IMG/VR virus record: IMGVR_UViG_3300046788_000140
Coordinates: 1-34,721 of that record
DNA from: a virus
Taxonomy: Duplodnaviria; Caudoviricetes
DNA length: 34,721 nucleotides
Direction: 5' to 3' (one strand)
Positions 25,171-34,503 of the stretch are shown piece by piece. The notes under the pieces are model-generated. The model was given only the letters and a program-made list of their open reading frames with translations, was not told the origin of the DNA and ran no database searches. Both the position numbers and the translations under genes were made by a program. The first letter of the stretch is position 1. Each line of letters starts with the position of its first letter.

Positions 25171-25842
25171 ATGAGATCACTCGCTTTCGCTTCGACCGCA
25201 ATCGTCCTGGCGCTGACAACGCCCGCGCTCGCTGGCGCTAACCTGATCACGTTCGCTCAAACCTCGAACACGAACCAAGTCGTCGCGACGACGAACGTCG
25301 CCGACACGCAAACGACGCTGACAGTGAACGACGCCGCGGTCTCGATCGGACAGTTCATAGCAGGCGCTCCGCCCGCGACCTCGTTCCTCGATCTTCATGC
25401 GGCAAGTGTTGATCCTGCGACAACCGTTCTATCCGCTGTGATCCAACATTATAGCGGCTCGTTCTGCATCACTTCCGCAATCGCTTGTGGTGGCACGAAC
25501 ATCCTGTCAGGCACGTTCAGCGACGCAGCATTCGGTGCGCTTGGTGGTCCGGGTCTCGTCGTCAACGTGAACAGTCCACCCGATACACTGGCACTGTCCT
25601 CGTCGCTGATACCAGCGAACGAACTCGCGTCTCCGAGTGCGTTCGGCCTGACGTTCACGAACCTAACGCCAGCGCTCGCAATCCTCGGCACAACGATCGC
25701 ACCGTTCAACGCTACGTTTGCGGGCGACGCTTCCGCTTCGACACCGGCTGTCTTCGAGCCGTCCTCGATCGCGATCCTCGGTCTTGGTCTCGTCGCGCTC
25801 GGTCTCGTCGCACCTCGTCGTCGAGGACCCTATACGGTCTAA
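25171..25842 (+). CDS. Secreted Ser/Thr-rich PEP-CTERM-type protein
   Basis: Signal peptide ending PALA. C-terminal VFEPSSIAILGLGLVALGLVAPRRR. Confidence 0.8.
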   Translation: MRSLAFASTAIVLALTTPALAGANLITFAQTSNTNQVVATTNVADTQTTLTVNDAAVSIGQFIAGAPPATSFLDLHAASVDPATTVLSAVIQHYSGSFCITSAIACGGTNILSGTFSDAAFGALGGPGLVVNVNSPPDTLALSSSLIPANELASPSAFGLTFTNLTPALAILGTTIAPFNATFAGDASASTPAVFEPSSIAILGLGLVALGLVAPRRRGPYTV

Positions 25843-25867
25843 ATAACCTGTGATCTTGTCGCGCCTT

Positions 25868-25878
25868 GACCGCGCCCC
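25868..25878. other. Candidate cos site
   Basis: GACCGCGCCCC flanked by AT-rich tracts in the only gap between the lysis cassette and the ParB-TerS-TerL operon. Inference from HK97/P27-like layouts. Confidence 0.35.
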
Positions 25879-25899
25879 AATGGATATTTTTCGCTTAAA

Positions 25900-26547
25900 A
25901 TGTCCCAAAATCTGACGGAGCGCGCTTGGCCTGCGGATCAGATCGAGCGCCGCCCCGTCGCGGAGTTGATCCCCTACGCGCGCAACGCGCGGAAGCACTC
26001 GCCGACGCAGATCGCGGAGATCGCCGGATCAATCCGCGAGTGGGGATGGACGATCCCCGTCCTCGTCGACGAGGACGGGCAGATCATCGCCGGTCATGGT
26101 CGCGTCCTCGCCGCGCATCAACTCGCGATCCCCGACATTCCGACCGTCGTCGCGCGCGGATGGAGCGACGCGCAAAAGCGCGCTTACACGATCGCCGACA
26201 ATGAGATCGCGATGCACGCGACATGGAACAAGGAACTGCTCCGCGTCGAACTCGCGGACCTTCAAGCGCAGGCGTTCGACTTGGAGAAGATCGGCTTCGC
26301 GCCATCCGACGCGCTCGTCGAAGCGGAGACCGACGAGCTTCCGCAAGCGCTACAGCTTGAACCCGCCCGCGAGTATGCCGTGATCGTCTGCGCGACCCCG
26401 GACGAGTGGGAACGACTGAAGGTCGTCCTCGATCTGACGCCCGTCCGCCGTGGCGGTTACAAGAAGGGCTCGCCGCTCGATGACATCGGAACGCAACGCG
26501 TCGTCCGCGCCTCCGACTTCCTCGCGATGATCGAGAAGACGACATGA
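25900..26547 (+). CDS. ParB/Srx-like N-terminal domain protein without a methyltransferase domain
   Basis: LIPYARNARKHS..QI..IAGSIREWGWTIPVLVDE, IIAGHGRVLAA and AYTIADN. Confidence 0.85.
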   Translation: MSQNLTERAWPADQIERRPVAELIPYARNARKHSPTQIAEIAGSIREWGWTIPVLVDEDGQIIAGHGRVLAAHQLAIPDIPTVVARGWSDAQKRAYTIADNEIAMHATWNKELLRVELADLQAQAFDLEKIGFAPSDALVEAETDELPQALQLEPAREYAVIVCATPDEWERLKVVLDLTPVRRGGYKKGSPLDDIGTQRVVRASDFLAMIEKTT

Positions 26548-26729
26548 ACGGCGAACTCGCCGACTACATCGTCGGTATTGCCGCGCCGATATACGCCTCG
26601 CTGCTGATCCCCGTCGTCAACGCCTATGGTTCCGACGTCATTCCCGCCGAAGTGTTAGAACAGGTGCGTCGTGCCGCGATCACACAAGCGCTGGCGCTTC
26701 GGAAGCAAGCAATCGAGTGGTCGACATGA
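26544..26729 (+). CDS. Small hypothetical protein
   Basis: ATGA coupling on both sides, 61 aa. Confidence 0.6.
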   Translation: MNGELADYIVGIAAPIYASLLIPVVNAYGSDVIPAEVLEQVRRAAITQALALRKQAIEWST

Positions 26730-27445
26730 CGATCCTCGTCGCGATCCCCTCGAAGGGCCGCGCTGGCAAGGTCCGCTCGCAAGCGATCATCCCCTCCGCC
26801 TCCGTCTTCGTCCCAAAGCTCGAAGCTCGCGCATATCGGAAAGCCGGAGCGAAGAACGTCGTCGAGGTCCCCGACGCGGTGCACGGCATCACCGCGACCC
26901 GGAACTGGATATTGCAGAACGCGAAGACGCGCCGCGTGGTGATGATCGACGACGACGTCCGCGCGCAGGGCTTCACCCGACTTTATGAACGGCACGCCGT
27001 TCACGAAGGACTGCCGGAAGCGACATGGCTCGGCGAGTTCGTGAAGCTGTTCGAACTGACGGAGCAACTCCGCTTCCGGATATGGGGCACGCGCACCGAT
27101 AGCGCGACGCGCGCCGCTTACCCTTACTTCCCCTTCCGCTTCCGGTCCTACGTGACCGCGTCCTGCATCGGGATCGTCAACGACGGACGCGTCGCGTTCG
27201 ACGAGACCTATCCGGTGAAGGAAGATTACGAACTCTGCGCGCGCTGCATCTCGGAAGACGGCGGCGTTCTCTCCGCGCAATATCTTTTCTGGCAGAACAC
27301 GCACTACCACGACCCGGGCGGGTGCCACGATTACCGCACCGACGCGATGGAGCGCGACGCGATCAAGCGTCTCTGCCGGACCTATCCCGGCCTCGTCCGC
27401 GCCGTCGAGCGCGCAACCTCGGACTGGTCGATCGAGATCGGATGA
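26726..27445 (+). CDS. GT-A fold glycosyltransferase (TET/JBP-associated / GREB1-like type)
   Basis: AIPSKGRA, GITATRNWIL, MIDDD (DxD), KEDYELC and GGC...R. Confidence 0.75.
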   Translation: MTILVAIPSKGRAGKVRSQAIIPSASVFVPKLEARAYRKAGAKNVVEVPDAVHGITATRNWILQNAKTRRVVMIDDDVRAQGFTRLYERHAVHEGLPEATWLGEFVKLFELTEQLRFRIWGTRTDSATRAAYPYFPFRFRSYVTASCIGIVNDGRVAFDETYPVKEDYELCARCISEDGGVLSAQYLFWQNTHYHDPGGCHDYRTDAMERDAIKRLCRTYPGLVRAVERATSDWSIEIG

Positions 27446-27942
27446 GGCGCAAGCCGACTGAACTCTTGAAGCTCAGGGGTTCATACAACCCGACGCTGCA
27501 CGGTCGCGACCGCAAGCTCGAACCGATCCCGCTCGGCGAACTCGCCGACGAGGAACCGCCGCCCGATCTGACCGACACTCAGGAAGACATCTGGCGCTAT
27601 GCCATCGCCAACATGCCGCGCGGGGTGATGAAGCGGATCGACCGCGATCTTCTCCGCGTCTGGGTCGAAGCGTCCGACCGCCACAATACCGCGCGACTGA
27701 TGCAAGCGATGCTCGACCGCGACTCGAAACTGAAGCTGCTGATCAAGACGCCGGACGGGTTCGCCGCCTCGCCTTACAACGACATCCTCGACAAGACGGG
27801 CAAGGCGATGATCCGCGTCGCGCAAGAGCTTGGGTTCAGTCCCGCCGCGCGTCCTCGACTGAAGGCCGATCCTCTGACGATCGACGCGAAGCCGGAGGAC
27901 GATCTCCGCTCCGACCCCTGGAAGCTATTGGAGGTCCAATGA
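27442..27942 (+). CDS. terS: Terminase small subunit, P27 family
   Basis: RKPTELLKLRG.YN, PPPDL....W, SPY and ELGFSPAARPRL. Confidence 0.88.
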   Translation: MRRKPTELLKLRGSYNPTLHGRDRKLEPIPLGELADEEPPPDLTDTQEDIWRYAIANMPRGVMKRIDRDLLRVWVEASDRHNTARLMQAMLDRDSKLKLLIKTPDGFAASPYNDILDKTGKAMIRVAQELGFSPAARPRLKADPLTIDAKPEDDLRSDPWKLLEVQ

Positions 27943-28205
27943 CCGACGACGAGCTTCACGCCGCCTGGATCGCCGGACAGTCGCTCACAAAGATCGCGGA
28001 GCGCGACGGGACGACTAAAAACGTGATCAACGGAAGAATCCGCCGTCTCCGCGCCAGCGAAGGAGTCAAACACTGGCCCTATCACGGATCGCCGCTCAAA
28101 CCCCGGACTAGTGAACGGAACGCTCCGCCCCGGATCAGGCCCGGAACCTCGACCCTCCCGCCGCTCGCGAGCCTCGAAGGACATGGCGAGACGCCGCGTC
28201 GCTGA
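27939..28205 (+). CDS. GcrA-like N-terminal HTH protein
   Basis: W..GQSLTKIAER.GTTKNVINGRIRRL resembles the GcrA DNA-binding domain. Confidence 0.6.
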   Translation: MTDDELHAAWIAGQSLTKIAERDGTTKNVINGRIRRLRASEGVKHWPYHGSPLKPRTSERNAPPRIRPGTSTLPPLASLEGHGETPRR

Positions 28206-29904
28206 TCCCCTCGCTTCCGATCCGCGTCAGTTCGTGCAGGACGCGTTGCGCTACGCCAGGAAGACGGCGGAGGACCCGACCGCCGCCTCGATGCACGCCA
28301 GGATGTCGTGCGAGCGCTTCCTCCGCGACCACGACGCCGCGCAAAAGCCGGACAGTCAATGGAGCTTCGACGACCTCGCCGCGCTGAAAGCGATGGTCTT
28401 CACCTCACAGATGCCGAACATCAAAGGACCGGAAGCCGGCAAGCCGATCCGCCTGATGGACTGGCAAAAACTCGTCTACGCGAACGTGTTCGGGTTCAAG
28501 GAACGCGCGACCGGAGGACGTCGCTTCCGTCAGGGTGTGGTCTACGTCCCGAAGGGCAACGGCAAGACGACGATCTCCGCGCCGCTCGCGATGTATATCA
28601 CCTTCGGCGAGAACGAGGGCGGAGCGGAAGGCTACGCCGCCGCCGTGACCCGCGATCAAGCGCGCATCCTATTCGAGACCGCGCAGAACATGGTCCGTCG
28701 ATCGGACGACATGCGGAAGCGCTGGGGCGTCGGCGTCCTGACGAACTCGATTTTTCAGGAACGGACCGCGTCGCGCCTCGTCCCGATCTCGTCCGACGCG
28801 AAAGCGCTCGACGGACTGAACGTCGCCGTCGCGGTGTGCGACGAGATCGGATCGCACCGAACGCCGGAGGTCTACGAAGCGCTGTCGACCGCGATGGGCA
28901 AGCGCCATCAACCGTTCCTGCTCTCGATCTCGACCGCGACGCAGAACAACGCCGGGATCGGACGTCAACTCTGGGACTATTCGCTCCGCGTCCTTCAAGG
29001 CGTGCAGAACGACGAGCGGCTGTTCTCGATCATTTACTCGATCGACGACACGGACGACCCGTGGGAGGAAGCGACGTGGATCAAAGCTAATCCCGCCTGG
29101 GGCGTCTCCGTTCAGCCGGACGCGATCCGCGCGATCATGCGTCAGGCCAGGAACAACCCCTCGCAAGAGGCATCCGCCAGGACGCGGCACCTGAACGTGT
29201 GGATCGGCGCCGACGAGCAACTGTTCTCGACCCGTCAGTGGACGCTCTGCGCCGACCGGGATCTGAAGCTCGAAGACTTCGAAGGCCGCGAGTGCCATCT
29301 CGCGCTCGACCTCGCCTCGAAGACTGACCTCGCCGCGCTCGTCGCCGTCTTCCCGGAGGTCCGGGACGGGGACGTCCATTACACCGTCTTCTGCCGCTGC
29401 TATCTGAACGAAGCGGCTGTGATGGAAGCGCGGAACGCGTCCTATCCGGGGTGGGCGAACGCGAACGAGTTGATCATCACGCCGGGGAACGAGACCGACT
29501 TCCAAACGATCGAGGACGACGTCGTCGAGTGGTTCCGTCGCTTCCGCGTCCTCTCGATGGCCTATGACCCGTGGCGAACGACGCAACTCGCGCAACGCTT
29601 GCAGTCGTCCTCCGTGCCCGTCGTCGAGTTCCGCAGCAACACGCAAAATTTCAGCGCTCCGACCCGCGAACTCGAGGCCGCGATCCGCTCCGCGCGCATC
29701 CGCCACGACGGCAACGGTCCCCTCGCGTGGTGCATCGGCAACGTCGTCGGTCACACCGACGCCCGCGACAATGTCTATCCGCGCAAGGCGCGACCGGAGA
29801 ACAAAATCGACGCCGCCGTCGCGCTGATCATGGCGATCGGGCGCGCGATGCAGCCGACGACCCGCTCCGTTTATGAAACAAGGGGGTTGATCACTCTCGG
29901 ATGA
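28183..29904 (+). CDS. terL: Terminase large subunit
   Basis: Walker A VPKGNGKTT, Walker B VAVCDE, ISTA coupling motif, nuclease LDLASKTD and KIDAAVALIMA. Confidence 0.96.
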   Translation: MARRRVADPLASDPRQFVQDALRYARKTAEDPTAASMHARMSCERFLRDHDAAQKPDSQWSFDDLAALKAMVFTSQMPNIKGPEAGKPIRLMDWQKLVYANVFGFKERATGGRRFRQGVVYVPKGNGKTTISAPLAMYITFGENEGGAEGYAAAVTRDQARILFETAQNMVRRSDDMRKRWGVGVLTNSIFQERTASRLVPISSDAKALDGLNVAVAVCDEIGSHRTPEVYEALSTAMGKRHQPFLLSISTATQNNAGIGRQLWDYSLRVLQGVQNDERLFSIIYSIDDTDDPWEEATWIKANPAWGVSVQPDAIRAIMRQARNNPSQEASARTRHLNVWIGADEQLFSTRQWTLCADRDLKLEDFEGRECHLALDLASKTDLAALVAVFPEVRDGDVHYTVFCRCYLNEAAVMEARNASYPGWANANELIITPGNETDFQTIEDDVVEWFRRFRVLSMAYDPWRTTQLAQRLQSSSVPVVEFRSNTQNFSAPTRELEAAIRSARIRHDGNGPLAWCIGNVVGHTDARDNVYPRKARPENKIDAAVALIMAIGRAMQPTTRSVYETRGLITLG

Positions 29905-31262
29905 CCTTCCGCGAACGCCTCGGCCTCTGGTTACTCGGAGCGCCGCAATCCTCCGCCCCGTCCGCGCCGGAGACCAAAGCCGACGCCGCCGTGACCTCGA
30001 CCCTCGGGGGCCTGGGCTGGCCGCAGCCGATGCTTTACGCCGCGCTGGGCGGCTACGCGAGCAACACCGGGGTCCCGGTAACACCCTTCACCGCGCTGCA
30101 AGCCGCCGCCGTTTACGCGTGCATCCGCGCGATCTCGCAGGACATTGCGACGCTTCAACCGTTCATCCGTCGTCGATTGATCGGCGGAGGCTATCAACGC
30201 GAACTCCGCCATCCGCTGAACAAGCTATTTCGCAGGCCGAATAAGTGGCAGACATGGTTTGAGTTCATCGGATACGCCGTCTCGTCGATCTGCCTCCGGG
30301 GAAACGCGTTCGTCGTCGTCGAGCGCGACCGCGACGGGAACCCGATCGAGCTTGTCCCGATCGCCCCCGATCGCGCGACGATCATGCTCACGGAAGACGG
30401 CGAGCTTTGGTATCGGATCAACTCCCGCCGCCTCGGTTACGGATTGCTCGTCCCGCCCGACGACATGATTCACATCAAGAACATATCGATGGACGGATAC
30501 GTCGGCGTTTCCCCGATCGCCATCGCGCAGGACGTGATCGGCCTCGCGCTCGCGACGCAGCAACACGGCGGCATCCTGTTCCGCCAGGGCGGACAGATCG
30601 GTGGCGTGATCAGTCACCCCGGCCAACTCTCGAAGGAAGCCTCCGATCGCGTCGCGAATAGCTGGCGCGAGACGCACGCCGGCGTGCAGAACGCGCACAA
30701 GGTCGCGATCCTCGAAGAAGGGATGGCATTCAACAAAGTCGCGATCACGAACGAGGAAGCGCAATTCCTCGAAACGCGTCGTTTCCAAGTGATCGACATT
30801 TGCCGCCTCTACGGCGTCCCGCCGCACCGTCTCGGCGAACTCGACAAAGCGACGCTGAACAACATCGAACAGCAGAATCAGCAATATCTCGACTCCGCGC
30901 TCCGTCCGACGACGCGCTCGATCGAGCAACTGTTCGACCATCATCTCCTGTTCGACGACGAGCGCTCGATCTTCGAGTGCAAGTTCGACTTCGACGACAT
31001 GACGCGCGGCGATCAAAAGACCCGCTTCGAGGCGTATCAGATCGGCACGCTGAACGGCTGGCTGAACCGGAACGAGGTCCGCGCCCGCGAGAACATGGAC
31101 CCGATCACGGACGGAACCGGCGACGAGTATCGCGTCCCGCTGAACACCGCTGTTCCCTCCGACAACCTCGCACAAACGACGACCGCGCCAGCCGAGTCCG
31201 CGAACGCGCCCTCCGCCGCTCCGACGAAACCGGAACCGGGACCGACCGATGCAAATAGTTAG
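29901..31262 (+). CDS. HK97-family portal protein
   Basis: AVYACIRAIS, PNKWQT, LRGNAF, GVSPI, ILEEGM, AQFLETR and NEVRARENM. Confidence 0.95.
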   Translation: MTFRERLGLWLLGAPQSSAPSAPETKADAAVTSTLGGLGWPQPMLYAALGGYASNTGVPVTPFTALQAAAVYACIRAISQDIATLQPFIRRRLIGGGYQRELRHPLNKLFRRPNKWQTWFEFIGYAVSSICLRGNAFVVVERDRDGNPIELVPIAPDRATIMLTEDGELWYRINSRRLGYGLLVPPDDMIHIKNISMDGYVGVSPIAIAQDVIGLALATQQHGGILFRQGGQIGGVISHPGQLSKEASDRVANSWRETHAGVQNAHKVAILEEGMAFNKVAITNEEAQFLETRRFQVIDICRLYGVPPHRLGELDKATLNNIEQQNQQYLDSALRPTTRSIEQLFDHHLLFDDERSIFECKFDFDDMTRGDQKTRFEAYQIGTLNGWLNRNEVRARENMDPITDGTGDEYRVPLNTAVPSDNLAQTTTAPAESANAPSAAPTKPEPGPTDANS

Positions 31263-31944
31263 CGCCACGCGATTCAAAACGATCAACCGGGGCCGCAACG
31301 TGACCCGCGCCGCAGTCGGTGTGCGAAAGCAGATCATCGCGCCAGCCGGTCAGGTCGGAGGCGACCTCCGCGCGCTCCGCTTCACGATCTCGACCGAAAG
31401 CGTCGACCGTGAACAGGACCGGATCGCGCTCGCCGGTTGGGACCTCGTGAACTTCAAGCGCAACCCGGTCGTGCTATGGGGCCACGACGCATCGCGTCTC
31501 CCGATCGGACGCGCGCTCGATCTCCGGATCGAGGACGGCGGGCTGAAAGCGACCGTCGAGTTCATCCCGGAGGACACCCCGGAAGGCGGCCAGTTCGCCG
31601 AGTCGGTTTATCGCCTCGCGCGCCAGGGCTTCATCGCCGCGACGAGCGTCGGGTTCCGCCCGATCAAGTGGGACTATACGAACGACCAGTCGCGCGGAGC
31701 CGACGACTGGTTCCCTGGGATCGACTTTCAGGAACAGGAACTCGTCGAGCTTTCCGTCGTCACCGTTCCCGCCAACCCGGAAGCGCTCGCGGACCCGCCA
31801 GGACCCGGCGAAGGGACCGCGATCGCCGCCGACACTCCGCCCGTCACGGGCGAGGAACTGACCGCCCTCAATGAAGAACAAACAAGAGCGCGAGCGCGCC
31901 GCAGGCGAATGCTCCAACTGGCACTGGCAATGCAGGATGCTTAA
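31249..31944 (+). CDS. HK97-family prohead protease
   Basis: VDREQD, NPVVLWGHD, PIGR, SVGF and ELSVVTVPANPEAL. Confidence 0.93.
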   Translation: MQIVSATRFKTINRGRNVTRAAVGVRKQIIAPAGQVGGDLRALRFTISTESVDREQDRIALAGWDLVNFKRNPVVLWGHDASRLPIGRALDLRIEDGGLKATVEFIPEDTPEGGQFAESVYRLARQGFIAATSVGFRPIKWDYTNDQSRGADDWFPGIDFQEQELVELSVVTVPANPEALADPPGPGEGTAIAADTPPVTGEELTALNEEQTRARARRRRMLQLALAMQDA

Positions 31945-32416
31945 TCTCTGGAAGCCCATACCAGGGTTCGCCGGATATGAAGCAAGCGACAGCGGACAGG
32001 TGCGCAATGCGCAGTCTGGCCGCGTCCTGACCGTCAACAAATTTGGTAAGTCCCAACTTTGGATTGGCGGTCGGAATGTGTCTATCAGAACCGGACGATT
32101 GATCTTGCTGGCGTTCAAGGGGCCGTCGCCTAACCCGGAACATAGCCTTGCCCGCCATCTTGACGACGACCTGTTCAACAATCGCCCGGACAATCTCGCG
32201 TGGGGCAGCGTCGCGGATAACACGCAAGACGCATTACGGAATGGGACCGACTTCGGTGCGTGGCTACGTGGCCGCAAGCAGTCGTTGGTAACGATCCGCA
32301 AGCGCGCGCTGGCGAACAGCAAGTCGCGCGGGCCTTACAGGACATACAAGGGAGGGCCAATCCTTGCCAATCCCAAGTCCGAACGAAGGCGAGAGCGAGA
32401 GCGACTTCATTGGTAG
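31937..32416 (+). CDS. NUMOD4-HNH homing endonuclease
   Basis: WKPIPGFAGYEASDSGQVR, RLILLAFKG and RHLDDD..NN..DNLAWG...N..D. Confidence 0.88.
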   Translation: MLNLWKPIPGFAGYEASDSGQVRNAQSGRVLTVNKFGKSQLWIGGRNVSIRTGRLILLAFKGPSPNPEHSLARHLDDDLFNNRPDNLAWGSVADNTQDALRNGTDFGAWLRGRKQSLVTIRKRALANSKSRGPYRTYKGGPILANPKSERRRERERLHW

Positions 32417-34067
32417 GTGCATTTCCGAAATTGCTAACGAATACGACGACCCGGATCAACGCGCGGCGGTCTGTTACTCGCAGTGGAGCGAACGCGCCGC
32501 ACAGGTGGAGCATCAAACCATGTCGACCATGTCTGAGAAGCATCGCGAACTGAAGCGCGAGCGCGCGAAGATCGTCGAGAAGATGACGACGATCGTCAAA
32601 GAAGACGACGGCGACGAGCCGCTGTCCGCCGAACAATCGACGACGTTCGATCAACTCGCTTCCGCGCTCGCCGCGATCGACCAGCGCTTGCAGCGTGTTG
32701 CCGCCGCCATGCAGGCCGCCGCCGAAGGCGCACAGGACGCGAACGGCGAGGACGACGAGGACAACGGAAACGGAGACAAGGGGCTGGATCGCCGGAGCGA
32801 TAGCTTCCGCGTCGGCGGGGGCGCAAAGGCGCCAGCGCGCGCGAGGCGCGATCCGGACGCCGGACTGAAAGAGAAGCGGGGGATCAGGGCGACGCGCTAC
32901 GTCCTCGGCCTCCTGCACGCCCGGTATAACAAGGTCTCGATGGAGAAGGCAGCGGAGTTCATCTCGACCCGCTTCGGCGACGACCTAGTCGCCCGCGCGC
33001 TGGTGAGCAACGTCACCGGAGAGGGCGGCGCGCTGATCCCGCAGGATTTCATGGCCGACCTGATCGAGCTGCTCCGTGCCTCGACCGCCGTCCGGGGTGG
33101 GAACCCGATGGAAGTCGGGATGCCGATGGGCAACTTGACGATCCCGCGCCTCGCTGGCGGAGCGACCGCTGCCTACCAGAACGAGACCGACGACATCGCG
33201 ATCTCACAAGAACGCTTCGACGACGTGAACTTCGTCGCGAAGAAGCTCACGGCGATGGTGCCCGTCTCGAACGACCTGATCCGCCGCGCGCCGATCGGCG
33301 TCGAGGAAGTCGTCCGCGACGACCTCGTTCAGACCATCGCCCGCCGCGAGGACCTCGCCTTCCTCCGGGGTGACGGAACCGACAAGGGTCCGATCGGAAT
33401 GCGCCATCTGGTGCTGCCCGCGAACCTGATCACCGTCGCCGCCATGCCCGCGACCCCGGCAGCCGGAGACCAACTGACGGCCATCCTCTCAGGGGCGTCA
33501 GCGGCCATCCTGGCCTTGCAGAATGGCATGTCTCGGATGATCCGCCCGACTTGGATCATGGCTCCGACGATCGCCCGCTTCCTCGCGACCGCCCGCGATC
33601 AGGTCGGCGGGTTCTACTTCAAGGACGAGGTCCAGGCCGGACGCTTCGAGGGCTATCCGATCCGCCTGACGCAACAGGTTCCGACTAACCTCGTCATGAC
33701 GACCTTCACGAAGGCGTCGGAGGTCTACTTCGTCGACATGGCCGACTTTGTGATCGCGGACACATACAACGTCGTCGTCGATGCCTCGGACGTCGCGGCC
33801 TACAATGACGGGGTCTCGATGGTCTCGGCTTTCCAGCGCGATCAGTCGTTGTTCCGCGTGATCGCGGAGCATGACTGCAACATGCGGCACCTTCAGTCCC
33901 TCGTCGTCTTGTTGACGCAGGACTGGGCCTTCTCCGGGGTTCCAGGCTCGCCTGGGGCGCCTTACTCGACGCAACCGCTCAATCCTACGTGGTCGCAGGC
34001 CGCCGCCATCAGGCCCGCTCTGGCGACCGGGGCGAACGCGCCGCCGCCGCTGACCGATCCGATCTAA
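32364..34067 (+). CDS. HK97-fold major capsid protein (alternative start ATG 32520)
   Basis: Delta-domain coiled coil, GGALIPQDF, IPRL, KKLTAMVPVSNDLI, AFLRGDG and FQRDQ..FR. Confidence 0.93.
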   Translation: MPIPSPNEGESESDFIGRCISEIANEYDDPDQRAAVCYSQWSERAAQVEHQTMSTMSEKHRELKRERAKIVEKMTTIVKEDDGDEPLSAEQSTTFDQLASALAAIDQRLQRVAAAMQAAAEGAQDANGEDDEDNGNGDKGLDRRSDSFRVGGGAKAPARARRDPDAGLKEKRGIRATRYVLGLLHARYNKVSMEKAAEFISTRFGDDLVARALVSNVTGEGGALIPQDFMADLIELLRASTAVRGGNPMEVGMPMGNLTIPRLAGGATAAYQNETDDIAISQERFDDVNFVAKKLTAMVPVSNDLIRRAPIGVEEVVRDDLVQTIARREDLAFLRGDGTDKGPIGMRHLVLPANLITVAAMPATPAAGDQLTAILSGASAAILALQNGMSRMIRPTWIMAPTIARFLATARDQVGGFYFKDEVQAGRFEGYPIRLTQQVPTNLVMTTFTKASEVYFVDMADFVIADTYNVVVDASDVAAYNDGVSMVSAFQRDQSLFRVIAEHDCNMRHLQSLVVLLTQDWAFSGVPGSPGAPYSTQPLNPTWSQAAAIRPALATGANAPPPLTDPI

Positions 34068-34081
34068 CAGGGAGACGCACA

Positions 34082-34492
34082 ATGTCGGTGGAAGGCATCC
34101 CGGAACGGGATCAAGTGGTGACGTTCAATCAACACTTTGCCAGCTATAACGCCGGAGAGTCCGCCGCCTTTACCGTCGAGGAAGCGCAACGCCTCGCCGA
34201 TCTAGGCGTGACCGGGGCTGGGCCGCCACCGACCGACGCGCCCGCGAACGTCGCCGTCCCGCACGTTTCGCAGGCCGGGGCTGTTCTCACTTGCACGATG
34301 GGCGAATGGGACGGCACGCCGACCGCCTACGCCTACCAGTGGCAGCTAGACGGCGCGGACGTCGGCACCAACGACCCGACCTATGACGTCCTGGCTCCCG
34401 CCGTCGGCCACACCGCGACGTGCATCGTCACCGCGACGAACGCGATCGGCTCGACGGCAGCGCCACCGTCGAACGCCGTCGTCGTCGCTTAA
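34082..34492 (+). CDS. Head-associated protein with Ig-like domain (decoration candidate)
   Basis: GGAG RBS. P.N...P.V, LTCT.G.W, YAYQW and CIVTATN..GS. Confidence 0.7.
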   Translation: MSVEGIPERDQVVTFNQHFASYNAGESAAFTVEEAQRLADLGVTGAGPPPTDAPANVAVPHVSQAGAVLTCTMGEWDGTPTAYAYQWQLDGADVGTNDPTYDVLAPAVGHTATCIVTATNAIGSTAAPPSNAVVVA

Positions 34493-34503
34493 AGGAACCT
34501 GAC

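Noticed and set aside
25900-26547. ParB-methyltransferase fusion
   Set aside because: No DPPY/NPPY or FxGxG motifs, and the protein is too short.
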